From an uncultured Chloroflexia bacterium (GTDB lineage: Bacteria; Chloroflexota; Limnocylindria; QHBO01): DNA of 64,000 bases. The notes beneath the pieces are model-generated. The model was given only the letters and a program-made list of their open reading frames with translations. It searched no databases and had not been told where the DNA came from. Positions 42,243-53,300 of this stretch are shown piece by piece (position 1 is the stretch's first letter; each line of letters opens with the position of its first letter). The stretch is from assembly GCA_963773695.1 (NCBI GenBank), contig CAVZCE010000007.1, positions 71,325-135,324 of the forward strand, given 5' to 3'. The translations under genes were made by a program, and so were the position numbers.

Positions 42243-43358
42243 TCAGCGCGGCCTTCTGTAGAAGGGCAACTTTACCTGCTCGGCGCGATACGGGCGGTCC
42301 CGGACGACCACCTGGACCTCCGCACCGATGGCGGCGAGCTCCGCGGGGAGATACGCCATGGCGATCTTCTCCCCGAGCGTCGGCGAGGCCGTGCCGCTCG
42401 TGACGACGCCCACCTCGTCCCCCTCCACGAGAACCGGGTAGCCGTGCCGCGGAATGGCGCTCTCCCGCATCTCGAGCCCCACCAGGCGTCGCTTCGGCCC
42501 TTCGTCGTGGACCCGCCGCAGGGCGTCCGAGGCGTTGAAGTCGCCCTTCTCGAGCTTCACGAGCCGGCCCATGTTCGCCTCGTACGGATTCGTCTGACGG
42601 TCGAGCTCGTTGCCGTACAACGGCATCCCGGCCTCGAGGCGGAGCGTGTCGCGGCTGCCCAGCCCCGCGGGCTTGATCCCGAACGCCCGGCCGGCTGCCG
42701 CGACGGCATCCCACAGGGCGACGGCGTCGGCCGGATCGCAGAAGAGCTCGAAGCCGTCCTCACCGGTATAGCCGGTGCGCGCGATGAGGCAGTGGATGCC
42801 GGCGACCGCTCCCCGCGTGCAGTGGTAGTAGCCGAGGCCGTCGACGTCGGCGTCCGTCATGGTCGTGAGCAGCTCCGCGGCGCGGGGCCCCTGGGGCGCC
42901 ACGAGCGCAGTCGCGTCGCTCCGGTCCTCGAGAACCGCATCCATCCCGCTCTCGCCCAGCAGGGCGCGAAGGTGGGCGACGTCGGCGTCGCGGTTCGCCG
43001 CGTTGCAGACGACGAGGTACTCCGCGTCCGCGATGCGGTAGACGATCAGGTCGTCGACGATGCCGCCATCGGGCAGGCACATCATCGAGTACTGCGCCTG
43101 GCCCGGGACCAGGCTGGCCGGATCGGTCACCACCGCGTGTTGCAGGAAAGCAAGCCCGTCTGGTCCGGAGACGTGGAGCTCGCCCATGTGCGACAGGTCG
43201 AAGAGGCCGATGGCGCTCCTGACGGTCCGGTGCTCGTCGATGATCGACGCGTACTGCACCGGCATCTCCCAGCCCGCGAAGGGCACCATCCTGGCCCCCA
43301 GCGCGCGATGGACGTCGTAGAGCGGCGTACGGCGCAGGGCCGCGACCGTCTCGGTCAT
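42243..43358 (-). CDS. gcvT: glycine cleavage system aminomethyltransferase T
   Basis: 371 aa from ATG at 43356-43358; GcvT family (PLYDVHRALGARMVPFAGWEMPVQY). Confidence 0.9.
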   Translation of the reverse strand: MTETVAALRRTPLYDVHRALGARMVPFAGWEMPVQYASIIDEHRTVRSAIGLFDLSHMGELHVSGPDGLAFLQHAVVTDPASLVPGQAQYSMMCLPDGGIVDDLIVYRIADAEYLVVCNAANRDADVAHLRALLGESGMDAVLEDRSDATALVAPQGPRAAELLTTMTDADVDGLGYYHCTRGAVAGIHCLIARTGYTGEDGFELFCDPADAVALWDAVAAAGRAFGIKPAGLGSRDTLRLEAGMPLYGNELDRQTNPYEANMGRLVKLEKGDFNASDALRRVHDEGPKRRLVGLEMRESAIPRHGYPVLVEGDEVGVVTSGTASPTLGEKIAMAYLPAELAAIGAEVQVVVRDRPYRAEQVKLPFYRRPR

Positions 43359-43822
43359 GCCGGTGCCGCCCCGCTCGCCCTCTGCGGGCCGGGTCCCGTG
43401 GCGAGGCGGAGCGCCGCGCGCTCCACCACGTCGCGTTCGGTGGGGTGGGTCATGATCTGCAGTGCCTCCTCGAGCTGGAACCACCTGACCTCGTCGAACT
43501 CGTGGTCGTGGAGCTCGGGGTCCCCGCCGACGGGCCGCATCAGGAAGAAGTGGACGGTCTTGTGGTAGCGGGTGCCGTCGCGGACGAAGAAGTAGGTGAT
43601 GGCTCCCAGGGGCTCCTCAGCCTCCGCCTCGATACCGGTCTCCTCGCGCACCTCGCGCAGCGCGGTCTCGAGGATGGACTCTCCCGCGTCGGGCGTTCCC
43701 TTGGGCAGGGCCCACAGCCGTGGTGCGCGGCGGTGGACGAGGAGGACCTCCGCGAGGTCGCCGGCCATCCGGTGGACGACCCCGCCGGCCGACGTGGCGC
43801 GCGCGTTGCGGAGCGGCGGCAC
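43355..43822 (-). CDS. NUDIX hydrolase
   Basis: 155 aa; Nudix box GESILETALREVREETGI; first gene of the nudix-gcvTHP operon (ATGA overlap with gcvT). Confidence 0.7.
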   Translation of the reverse strand: MPPLRNARATSAGGVVHRMAGDLAEVLLVHRRAPRLWALPKGTPDAGESILETALREVREETGIEAEAEEPLGAITYFFVRDGTRYHKTVHFFLMRPVGGDPELHDHEFDEVRWFQLEEALQIMTHPTERDVVERAALRLATGPGPQRASGAAPA

Positions 43823-44138
43823 GCCCGCCTCAGCCGCGGTGCGCGCGCGGGAGCCCGAGCGGCGGGACCTGGCGGCGTGAATCGACGCGACCGACCCTGC
43901 CGACCGCGGGGAAGCTGAAGCGGCTGGTCTGGGAACGAAGGACGATCACGGTGGCGAGCTGCTGGCGCGGCCGATGGTAGACCGTCGTCCCCGTCCGCAA
44001 TCCCAGGCGGCGGCGCCCACGGTTCCGGCGCCCGGCTCCGAAGTCGACGGTGGGATGGGAAACGAGGCGGGCCGTGAGACTCACTCGCATGCCCCGCATT
44101 GTACGCGGCAGATCACCCCCTGCAAGCCGGGTGGAGAC

Positions 44139-45383
44139 TCAGCCGCGGCCGGCGATCACCGTCCGGTACAGCTCCACGATCCGCTCGATCCAGCTGGCCG
44201 CTGCGAAGCGGTCCGCCCCCGCGTGAGCGGCCCGCGACAGATCCGCACGACGGGGGCTGTCGGCGGCGAGCTGGGCGATGGCCCGGGCCAGGGCCGCGGC
44301 CGGCCGCGAGCCGGGCGCCACCACGAGGCCGTCGATGCCGTCGCGGACCGAATCGCGCACACCCGGTCCGTCCAGCGCCACGACCGGCAGGCCCACGGCG
44401 AGCGCCTCGGCGAGCACCAGCCCCTGGGTCTCCGTCTGCGATGCGAACGCGAACAGGTCCGCCCCCGCGGCGAGCGCGAGCGCCTCGAGACGCGGCAGGC
44501 GTCCGGCGAGGTGGACGCGCCCTGCCAGGCCGGCCGCCACCCGCCGCTCGAGCTCGGCGCGCAGGGGTCCGTCGCCGATCAGGAGCAGGCGCAGGCGCCG
44601 GTCCGACTCGGCGGCGGCCTCGAATGCGTCGAGGAGCAGGTCGGTGCGTTTCTCACGGGCCAGCCGGCCCACCGAGACCGCCACGACGGTCTCCGCCGGC
44701 CAGCTCGCTCCCGGCCGCGGGTCGACCGGGCGAAGGGCGCGCAGACGGTCCACGTCGAGGCCGGTCGGGATGGCGCGCACGAGGGGCGAGGTGCCGGCCG
44801 TGGGGGATCCGAGCGTCGCGCGGATCTCCGCCGCCAGGTCGGACGCGGGCGCCACGATGGCGGCGCAGGCACGCTCATAGGTTCGCAGGTAGGCGCCAAG
44901 GGCGGCGGCCCCCGGTCCTGCGACCGGGCCGAGGTAGTGGCGGTAGTCGCCGAAACGGGTGTGATGCGTGAGGACGAGCGGCGCGCCGACCCGCCGGGCG
45001 ATCCGCATGGCCATGATTCCCGACACGAACGGCGACTGGGCGTGGACCACGTCCGGCCGCGCGGCGCGCACGGCGGCCAGCGACCGCGACCCGAGGGGCC
45101 AGGGCATCCGGTACCCGGGCGGCGCCGGCGGCGGAGGCTGGTAGGAGGGAAGCCACGCCATGTCGGGGTCCGGCCCGCCGCCGCCTGCGCTGGCAGGGGA
45201 CGGCGAGGTCCCCGCCGGCGCCGCCGGACGCGGGACGGCCAGGATGACGTGATGCCCCGCGGCTGTCAGGCCGCGGGCGAGCGCCTCGGTGGCCACGGTC
45301 ACTCCCGACAGGTACGGCAGGTACGACTCCCCGAAGACCGCGACCGTGAGCGGTCCGGCGGCGGACGACCGGGACCGGCTCAT
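44139..45383 (-). CDS. glycosyltransferase family 4 (GT-B fold)
   Basis: 414 aa; N-terminal GESYLPYLSGVTVATEALARGLTAAGHHV and C-terminal EGLPVVALDGPGVRDSV motifs. Confidence 0.8.
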   Translation of the reverse strand: MSRSRSSAAGPLTVAVFGESYLPYLSGVTVATEALARGLTAAGHHVILAVPRPAAPAGTSPSPASAGGGGPDPDMAWLPSYQPPPPAPPGYRMPWPLGSRSLAAVRAARPDVVHAQSPFVSGIMAMRIARRVGAPLVLTHHTRFGDYRHYLGPVAGPGAAALGAYLRTYERACAAIVAPASDLAAEIRATLGSPTAGTSPLVRAIPTGLDVDRLRALRPVDPRPGASWPAETVVAVSVGRLAREKRTDLLLDAFEAAAESDRRLRLLLIGDGPLRAELERRVAAGLAGRVHLAGRLPRLEALALAAGADLFAFASQTETQGLVLAEALAVGLPVVALDGPGVRDSVRDGIDGLVVAPGSRPAAALARAIAQLAADSPRRADLSRAAHAGADRFAAASWIERIVELYRTVIAGRG

Positions 45384-46117
45384 GACGACCCGACCCTACC
45401 GACGTGCAACGTCGCCATCCCCGAGGGGAGACGCCGCCATCGGACCTGCACCGCCCCGGCCGCGCGGAGGAGCTCGCCGACCGCCGCCGGGGACGGATAG
45501 GCGAGCAGGCTGGCGGGCAGGTAGCGGTACGCGGCCTGGCGGCCGACGAGCCGGCCGAGGACGGGTACCGCCCGGCGGAACCACGTCTCGAAGAGGAACC
45601 GCGCCACGCCACGCTCCGGGACCGCGATCTCCAGGACCACCACCCGTCCGCCGGGCCGGACGACGCGCGCCATCTCCGCCAGCCCGGCCCGATAGTCGGA
45701 CAGGTTGCGCAGGCCGAAGGCAATCGTCGCCGCATCGAAGCTGCCGTCGTCGAACGGCAGCGCCAGGGCATCGCCCTCCACGTAGCGGAGCGGCCGGGAC
45801 GCACCCCCGGCCGACCGGTGGCGTCCGGCCGCGCGGCGCCGTGCTCGCGCGAGCATCGCGCGCGAGCGGTCGATGCCCACGGCCTCCCCGCCCGGGGCCA
45901 CGGCGAGGCCCAGGGCCTCGGTGAGGCGCCCGGTCCCGCAGGCCACATCGAGCGCGCGCTCCCCCGGACGCAGCGCTGCGGCCACGACCGCGGCGCGCCT
46001 CCAGCGGCCGTCGAGACCGGCGGTCATCAGCGTGTTCATGGCGTCGTAGACCGGCGCGATCCGATCGAACATGGCCCGGACCCGGTCCGGGGCCGCGGGG
46101 TTCCCGTGCGCGCGCAT
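45380..46117 (-). CDS. menG: demethylmenaquinone/ubiquinone-menaquinone biosynthesis C-methyltransferase (UbiE/MenG family)
   Basis: 245 aa; SAM-binding LDVACGTG and the UbiE N-terminal motif FDRIAPVYDAMN. Confidence 0.8.
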   Translation of the reverse strand: MRAHGNPAAPDRVRAMFDRIAPVYDAMNTLMTAGLDGRWRRAAVVAAALRPGERALDVACGTGRLTEALGLAVAPGGEAVGIDRSRAMLARARRRAAGRHRSAGGASRPLRYVEGDALALPFDDGSFDAATIAFGLRNLSDYRAGLAEMARVVRPGGRVVVLEIAVPERGVARFLFETWFRRAVPVLGRLVGRQAAYRYLPASLLAYPSPAAVGELLRAAGAVQVRWRRLPSGMATLHVGRVGSS

Positions 46118-46124
46118 CAACCCA

Positions 46125-47435
46125 TCATCGCCCGGCGCTCGCCGGTTCGACGGCATCAACCGGCACGTCCGACGGCGGCGGGCGCCGTTCGGGATCGCGT
46201 ACGCCGGGGACGAAGAGCAGGCCCCCCATCAGCACGGCCCCGACCAGGCCACCGCCGATCATCGTCGCGCCCGGTCCCAGGACCCCCGCCGCCGGGCCGG
46301 TGAGGCCGTAGGAGACCGGGACAAGACCGGAGGAGACGAGCCAGTCGAGGCTCGAGACGCGGCCGAGCAGGCGGCGCGGGACGAGCTGCTGGAGGAGGGT
46401 CGTCCAGATGATCTGGCCGATGGCGAAGAGGGCGGACGACGCGAAGGCGATCGCCATTCCCTGCCAGAGCGAGTTCATGACGCCATACCCGGCGAGAAGC
46501 GCCACGCCGAGCGACCAGGCCGCGTACATCACGGTCACCCGCAGACGAGGCAGCCCGAGCTGGCCGACCGCCACCGCCGCGATCACCGAGCCGGCGCCCC
46601 CGACCGCGAGGATCGCCCCGAAGGCCGCCGGCCCCAGCCCCAGGCGGTTCTTCACGAGGAACGGCAGGAGGACCTGCACGGGACCCACGAAGACGAGCAG
46701 GCTGAACATCGCGGAAACGAGCGTCGCCCAGCACCAGGGGTTGGCGCGGACGAAGCCCAGCCCCTCCCCCATCTCGCGCAGCGTCCGGCGCAGGCCGCGC
46801 TCGACGATGGCACGCACCGGATGCGGACGGAGCGTTCCGATGGCGGCCGCGGAGAGCAGGAAGCTGGCGGCATCGACGCCGAAGGCGGTGCCCGGCCCCA
46901 CCACGGCCACCACGAAACCGCCGAGCGCCGGACCCACGAGGCGGATCATGAGGGGCCGGATGAGCCCCTGCAGGGCGTTGGCCTGGGCCAGCCGGTGCTC
47001 CGGCAGCAGGTCGGGGACGATGGCGGTGGACGCGGGGTTGAAGAAGGCGTCCCCCACGCCGACGAAGGCGATGAGCACCAGGACGTGCCACAGCTCCAGC
47101 ACCCCGAGCGCCGAGAGGAGGCCGAGGGCGCCGATGGTCGCCGCCCGCAGGAGGTCCGCGCCGATCATCAGGCGACGGCGGTCGTAGCGGTCGGTAAGGA
47201 CCCCGCTGAACAGCAGCAGCAGGACGAGCGGAAGGCTCCAGGCCACGCCCACCACCGACAGCGCGGTCGGGACGTTGCTGATCTGGTAGACCTGCCAGGC
47301 GAGCGCCACGGTGAAGAAGCCGTCGCCGAGGAGGGAGACCAGGGATCCCGCGGTGAGCCAGCGGTAGTCGCGGTCCGAGAGGGGCTCGAGGAGCCTGACG
47401 GCCCGGACGCGAGCGCGCAGGCGCGCGGGAAGCAT
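46125..47435 (-). CDS. MFS transporter
   Basis: 436 aa from ATG at 47433-47435; 12-TM-like profile. Confidence 0.75.
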   Translation of the reverse strand: MLPARLRARVRAVRLLEPLSDRDYRWLTAGSLVSLLGDGFFTVALAWQVYQISNVPTALSVVGVAWSLPLVLLLLFSGVLTDRYDRRRLMIGADLLRAATIGALGLLSALGVLELWHVLVLIAFVGVGDAFFNPASTAIVPDLLPEHRLAQANALQGLIRPLMIRLVGPALGGFVVAVVGPGTAFGVDAASFLLSAAAIGTLRPHPVRAIVERGLRRTLREMGEGLGFVRANPWCWATLVSAMFSLLVFVGPVQVLLPFLVKNRLGLGPAAFGAILAVGGAGSVIAAVAVGQLGLPRLRVTVMYAAWSLGVALLAGYGVMNSLWQGMAIAFASSALFAIGQIIWTTLLQQLVPRRLLGRVSSLDWLVSSGLVPVSYGLTGPAAGVLGPGATMIGGGLVGAVLMGGLLFVPGVRDPERRPPPSDVPVDAVEPASAGR

Positions 47436-47465
47436 GGGTTCGCCTCGCTGGAGGAAGCGTGTGAT

Positions 47466-47542
<77 letters not shown>

Positions 47543-47602
47543 ACGCGGGGAGCCGCAGTATAGCCAACCGGGCTCCTCCCGGCCAAGGCGGGCCTGTCGG
47601 CC

Positions 47603-47893
47603 CTATCCCTCCTCGAGCCCTGACAGCCGGTCCCTGAGGGCCGCGGCGTCCAGCCCGTGCACCGTGAAGCGCTTGCGCCGGGAGCGCTGCCCGCCGCTGA
47701 GCTCCAGGGCCGATGGCGGCAGATCCAGGACCCGCGCGAGGAGGCGCACGACGGCTCGGTTCGCCTCGCCCTGCGCGGGGGGTCGGGTGACGTGGACTCG
47801 AACCCCGCCGTCGGGGCCGCGGCTCACTCGATCGCCGGCGGCGCGCGCCACCACCACCACCTCGAGGACCGACGACTGTCCGGGGCCTGCCAT
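47603..47893 (-). CDS. DUF167 (YggU-family) protein
   Basis: 96 aa; ATGA overlap with the ylmG/yggT stop; usual genomic partner of YggT. Confidence 0.55.
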   Translation of the reverse strand: MAGPGQSSVLEVVVVARAAGDRVSRGPDGGVRVHVTRPPAQGEANRAVVRLLARVLDLPPSALELSGGQRSRRKRFTVHGLDAAALRDRLSGLEEG

Positions 47894-48144
47894 CACAGCC
47901 GGGCGAAGATCCGCAGCAGGAAGCTCAGCAGGAAGAGCGCGATGAACGGCGACCAGTCGAGCCCGCCCATGGGCGGCAGGAGGCGACGGATCGGAGCCAG
48001 GACGGGCTCCGTCAGCTGGTAGACGAACGCGGTGAACGCCCCGCCACCCATCGGGTTCGTCCAGCTCAGGACCACCCGCAGCAGGATCAGGACGGAGTAC
48101 AGCGCGCCGAGCAGCGTCACGAAGGACGCCAGGACGTTGCTCAT
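47893..48144 (-). CDS. ylmG: YggT/YlmG-family integral membrane protein (cell-division cluster)
   Basis: 83 aa from ATG at 48142-48144 (MSNVLASFVTLLGALYSVLILLRVVLSW...). Confidence 0.65.
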   Translation of the reverse strand: MSNVLASFVTLLGALYSVLILLRVVLSWTNPMGGGAFTAFVYQLTEPVLAPIRRLLPPMGGLDWSPFIALFLLSFLLRIFARL

Positions 48145-48193
48145 CGGGCTCCAAGCATAGCGCGGTGCCGACGGCCGCGAACGGGCATCTCCC

Positions 48194-48928
48194 TCAGCCG
48201 GGTCGCCTGCCGAAGAGGGCGGTCCCGATCCGCACGAGCGTGGCACCCTCCGCGACGGCGGCCTCGGCATCGGCCGTCATCCCCATCGACAGCTCGGGCA
48301 GCGCCGCTCCGCTGGCCTCGCGCAGGCGATCTCGCAGGTCACGCAGCCGTCCGAAGGTCAGTCGCGCCTCCTCGGCGCTGGAACCGAAGCGGGCGATGGT
48401 CATGAGGCCCACCACGGCGACGTTGTGCAGGCGCCGCAGCGCCGTGACGATCTCGCCTCCGGGACGTGCCGCCTCGGCGAAGCGCTCGGCGTCCCAGCCG
48501 GACTTCGCCGCCTCGCCCGTGAGATTGACCTGCAGCAGGACCCGCGGTTCCCGTCCCGCATTGTGGGCGAGCGCCTCGAGCCGCTCCAGGAGAGCCCCGT
48601 CGTGGACGGAGTGGATCCACCCGAACGCCTCGACCGCCCGGCGCGCCTTGTTCGACTGGAGGTGCCCGATGAGGTGCCATTCCAGCTCGGGATGGGCCTC
48701 GACCTTCGGCAGCGCCTCCTGGACGCGGTTCTCGCCGAGGCGCGTGAGCCCGGCCCGCGCCGCGACGTCCACGACCTCGAGTCCGAAGCCCTTGGTCACC
48801 GCGACGATCCGGAAGCCGTCCGGGTCACGCCCCGCCCGCTCGGCGGCGGACCGCAGCCGGGCCCCGAGTGAGGCGAGGCGGTCGCGAACGAGGTGCTCGT
48901 CGAGCGCCGGCTCGTCGACCGGCAGCAT
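48194..48928 (-). CDS. ylmE: YggS/YlmE-family pyridoxal-phosphate homeostasis protein
   Basis: 244 aa; alanine-racemase N-terminal-domain fold with the conserved lysine in VAVTKG. Confidence 0.85.
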   Translation of the reverse strand: MLPVDEPALDEHLVRDRLASLGARLRSAAERAGRDPDGFRIVAVTKGFGLEVVDVAARAGLTRLGENRVQEALPKVEAHPELEWHLIGHLQSNKARRAVEAFGWIHSVHDGALLERLEALAHNAGREPRVLLQVNLTGEAAKSGWDAERFAEAARPGGEIVTALRRLHNVAVVGLMTIARFGSSAEEARLTFGRLRDLRDRLREASGAALPELSMGMTADAEAAVAEGATLVRIGTALFGRRPG

Positions 48929-48939
48929 CTGCCTGCCGG

Positions 48940-50190
48940 CTAGTCGGCCTTGCGGCGGAGGAAGCTGGGGATGTCGAGGTCGGTCTCGCCGTACGACGGG
49001 CGCTCGAGGCTGGGACGCACCGGGAGCGGCTGCCGCTCGCTGACGCGCGACTCCCGCGGCTCCGCCTGGGACGGCCGCGCAAACGGCGACTCCGTCCCCA
49101 TCTGCTCCTCGAGTGCCGCTCGCTCGGAGCGCTCGCGCTCGATCTCGGCGAGGATCTCTCGGCTCCGCTCGTCGAGGGACGTCTCCATCCCCCTCGAGGC
49201 CTCGGCCGCCGCCTGGCGCCCGGCCTGCTTGACGGGCTTCGCGGCGTCGAAGCCGGTTGCGATGACGGTCACCTTGACCTCGTCCCGCATCCGGTCGTCG
49301 ATCACGGTGCCGAAGATGATGTTTGCCTCCGGATCGGCCGCCTCCTTGATCACCTCGGCCGCCTCGTTCACCTCGAAGAGGCCGAGGTCGCTGCCGCCGG
49401 TGACGTTGAAGAGGATGCCGCGGGCACCCTGGATGTTCACCTCGAGGAGCGGGCTCATGACGGCCGCGCGGGCGGCCTCGACGGCCCGGTTCTCGCCGGT
49501 TGCGGTGCCGATGCCCATCATCGAGCTGCCGGCGTCGCGCATGATCGTCTTGACGTCGGCGAAGTCGAGGTTGATGAGGCCCGGAACGGTGATCAGGTCG
49601 CTGATCCCCTGCACGCCCTGGCGCAGGACGTCGTCCACCACCCGGAACGCGTCGAGGATGGAGGTCTTCTTGTCGACCACCTCGCGCAGCCGGTCATTCG
49701 GGATGGTGATCAGGGTGTCGACCTTCTCCTTGAGCTGCTCGCTGTACTGCTCGGCCACGAGCTTGCGGCGGACACCCTCGAAGCTGAACGGCTTGGTGAT
49801 GACGCCAACGGTGAGGGCGCCGAGGTCCTTGGCGATCTCGGCGATGACCGGAGCTGCGCCCGACCCGGTGCCACCGCCCATGCCGGCGGTGATGAAGATC
49901 ATGTCCGCGTCCTTGAGCGCTTCGTAGATCTTCTCCGAGTCCTCCTCCGCCGCGCGCTGCCCGATGATCGGGTCCGCGCCCGCGCCGAGGCCGCGGGTGA
50001 GCTTGTCTCCCACGCGGATCTTATGGGGCGCATCGCTCTGGAGGAGGGCCTGCGCGTCGGTGTTCACCGCGATGAACTCGACGCCCATCATCTCGGCGCG
50101 GATCATCCGGTTCACGGCGTTCGAGCCGCCGCCGCCGACGCCGATGACCTTGATCAATGCGAAGTGTTCTGCGTCCGAACGGAGCGGCAT
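48940..50190 (-). CDS. ftsZ: cell-division GTPase FtsZ
   Basis: 416 aa; tubulin signature GGGTGSG; C-terminal conserved peptide DIPSFLRRK. Confidence 0.95.
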   Translation of the reverse strand: MPLRSDAEHFALIKVIGVGGGGSNAVNRMIRAEMMGVEFIAVNTDAQALLQSDAPHKIRVGDKLTRGLGAGADPIIGQRAAEEDSEKIYEALKDADMIFITAGMGGGTGSGAAPVIAEIAKDLGALTVGVITKPFSFEGVRRKLVAEQYSEQLKEKVDTLITIPNDRLREVVDKKTSILDAFRVVDDVLRQGVQGISDLITVPGLINLDFADVKTIMRDAGSSMMGIGTATGENRAVEAARAAVMSPLLEVNIQGARGILFNVTGGSDLGLFEVNEAAEVIKEAADPEANIIFGTVIDDRMRDEVKVTVIATGFDAAKPVKQAGRQAAAEASRGMETSLDERSREILAEIERERSERAALEEQMGTESPFARPSQAEPRESRVSERQPLPVRPSLERPSYGETDLDIPSFLRRKAD

Positions 50191-50387
50191 CTTCCGGGTT
50201 CTCCTGCGCGGTATGGTGGCATGAACCCGTCTCGCGCGGGTTTGACCGATTCTACCGGCCCGCCGACGCTGCCGCTGGCGATTTTTCCACAGGTCCTCCC
50301 GAAGTTATCCACACCCGCGCCGGTCGGCGGTGGACGAGCGCAGCGCCTCTCCACAGGCTGTCGAGGCGACAGGCGAAGGGCGGCTGC

Positions 50388-53300
50388 TCAGGGTGTCGTG
50401 TCGGACGCTGCACCATCCCCGCCCGCCGAGCGGATCGGGAGCCGAACCGTGAAGGTGGTGCCCTCGCCGGGCTGCGAGTCGACCGAGATCGTTCCCTCGT
50501 GCGCCTCCGCGATGGATCGCGCAATGAAGAGGCCGAGCCCCAACCCTTCGGTTGGGCCCGTCGCGTCGCCCGTGGCGCCGGGTGCCCAGAGGGCCTCCGC
50601 GAGGCCCGGCGGAAGCCCGGGTCCGTGGTCGCTGACGCTGATCTCCGCCGTCCCGCGGCGACGGGCGACCCGCACGTCAATCGTCGGCGAGCTCGACGCG
50701 TGGCGAATGGCGTTCGAGATCAGGTTGAGCACGACCTGCTGGAGACGGTCCGAATCGGCGGCGAGGCGAATGGGACGTGACGGCCGATGCAGGACGATCT
50801 CCTGCCTGCCGGCGAGCGGCCGTGACATGACGACCGCCTCCTCCACGACGTCCACCAGGTCGACCTCCCGGAAGCTGAAGCGCAGCCGTCCGCTCCGCAG
50901 CCGGTTCGCATCGAACAGGTCCGACACGAGCGAGGAGAAGCGCTGGACCTGCGAGAGCGCACGCTCCGCATAGCGGTGCGACTTGCCGCGCCGGCTGCCG
51001 CGAAGCTCGCGCTCGAGGAGCTCCAGGTAGGCGGTCACCCCGGTGAGCGGGCGTGCGCAGCTCGTGGCTGAGCATGGCCACGAACTCGTCCTGCAGATGC
51101 TGCAGGCTGGTTGCGGTGACGTCGCGGATGACCGTCACCGCCCCGCCGGCGGGATCGTCGTCGAGGGCACGCCCGCGGGCCTCGTACCAGTGGCGCTCGC
51201 CCGAGGCCTCGGTGCCGGTGAAGCGCACGAGGAAGGTTCCCTCGCGCACCGGCAGCCGCCATGGCGCCCGATCCGGCGGGATCTCCTCCCCCGCCTCGTC
51301 CTCCAGCCGCACCTCGACGGCGGAGCCGAAGGTTCTGTCGAAGACACCGTTCGACAGGACCGGCGCTCCGGTCGGGTCGGTGACGACCACCGCATCGGCC
51401 ATGGACAGGAGGACGCCTTCGAGGCGCGCCCGCTCCGATTCGCTCAGCTCCCGCTGGTGCTCCACCGAGATGGCCAGGTCCTGCAGCTCGGTGCTGCGAG
51501 CCTCCAGGTCGTCGTTCGTGGTGTTGAGCTCCTCCACCGTGGCCTGCAGCTCCTCGTTGAGGGTCTCCAGCTCCTCGTTCGTCGCCTGCAGCTCCTCGTT
51601 GAGGGTCTCGACCTCCTCGGTTGCCGACTGGACCTCCTCGTTGGAGACGACGAGGTCGTCGTTCTGGCTCCTGAGGTCGGCGTTCACCATCGTCAGCTCG
51701 GCATTCGCCTCGCGCAGCCGGCGCGCGGCCTCGGTCATGCGCCTGATCTGCACCGCGAGCCGCTCGGCACGATCCGTCTGGGAGGATGACGCCTGCCGCA
51801 GCCCGCTAAGGTCGGCGTGCTCTCGGGTCACGTCGCGCACGAGGATGGCGACCGTCTCGGCGGTGCTCGTCCCGTCTCCCTGGCGGTAGCAGGTCACCTC
51901 GAGGGACATCAGCTCGCCGCTCGTGCTGTCGGCGACGGGGATGTCCCACATGCGACGCGCGGGCTCACCGCGAAACGCGTCGTCGATCTCGCGTCGCAGC
52001 TCGTTGTTCGGCACGCCCTCCACGAGGTGGACGAGGTCCTGCCCGATGGCCGCGCCGTGGACCCCCAGCAGGTTGCGGGCGGCGGTGTTGATGAGGGCGA
52101 TGTCGTACTTGCGGTCCACCACCACGATGCCCACCGGCAGCTGCATCACGATGCGATCCGCTCGCGCCGCGTGCGTCCGCGCCCGGTCGAGCTCGGCCGC
52201 CCCCCGGCTGGGGGCGATCCCGCGCGCCAGGGAGGCACGTGGCGTGGTGGGCGGCGGCAGGACCGTCATTGGTCGGAGCGGCTCACTGCCCATCCGGCCG
52301 GACGGTCGGCCCACGCGCGTCCCCCGCCGGCGGTAGATCTTCAGGCGGGGGTCCGCCAGGACGAAGGCATCGGCGAGCGGAGTGGTCGTCTCCGACTTGC
52401 CCAGGACGAGGTAGCCGCCATCCCGGAGGGCGAAGGCGAAGAGCTGCAGGGCCCGTCGCTGCAGCTCCGCGGTGAAGTAGATCAGGACGTTCCGGCAGAC
52501 CGTGAGGTCGATGCGCGGGAACGGCGCGCGCTGCGCCAGATCGTGCTGGCCGAAGGCGATGAGCGTCCGGAGTGCGGGGGCTACCTCGTACTGGCCGTCG
52601 CGCTCGAGGAAGTGGCGCTGGCGCAGCGCCTCGGGCAGCCGCGCGAGGGCCGCGGCGGGATAGATGCCGCGCCGGGCAAACGCGATCGCCTCCCCGTCGA
52701 CGTCGGTGGCGAAGATCCGCACGCGCAGATCTCCGCCGCCGGCCTCGCGTGCCTCCGTGGCCACGATCGCCAGCGAGTACGCCTCCTCGCCCGTCGCACA
52801 GCCGGCCGACCAGATGCGGACCTCGCCGCTGTGCTCGCCGGCGTGCGCGAAGAGCTGGGGAAGGAGCTGGGCGCGGAGGTGCTCGTAGAGGTCGGGGTCC
52901 CGGAAGAACTCCGTGACGTTGATGAGGAAGCTGTTCGCCAGCCGCTGCAGCTCCTCCGGGTGGCCGTGCGCGTAGCGGACGTACTCCCGTAATCCATCCT
53001 GGCCGGTCGCGACGATGCGGCGCTGGAGGCGTCGCAGCACCGTTGGCCGCTTGTACTGTGCGAAGTCGATTCCGGTGCTCTCGCGAACCGCCTCCAGGAA
53101 CGTGGTGAGGACTCCCTCCTCGTCGGAGCGCCGCGGCACGAACGTCCCGGCGAGGAGATCCTGCAGGAGGGGGCCGATCGCCTTAAGGTCGGCCACGATG
53201 TCAACGGTTGTCGGCGAGAGCGAGAGCGGCATGGCGGGGTAGCTCGCCGTCTCGGGATTCTGGATCACCACCGTTCCGCCGACCGCCTTGACGTGGCGGG

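Noticed and set aside
43823-44138. Glycine riboswitch upstream of gcvT
   Set aside because: Expected by analogy, but the sense strand lacks the GGAGAG/CUCUGGAGAG and CCGAAGG cores. Weak CGAAGG-like matches occur only on the antisense strand, where no downstream gene exists. Left as an open question pending a covariance-model search.
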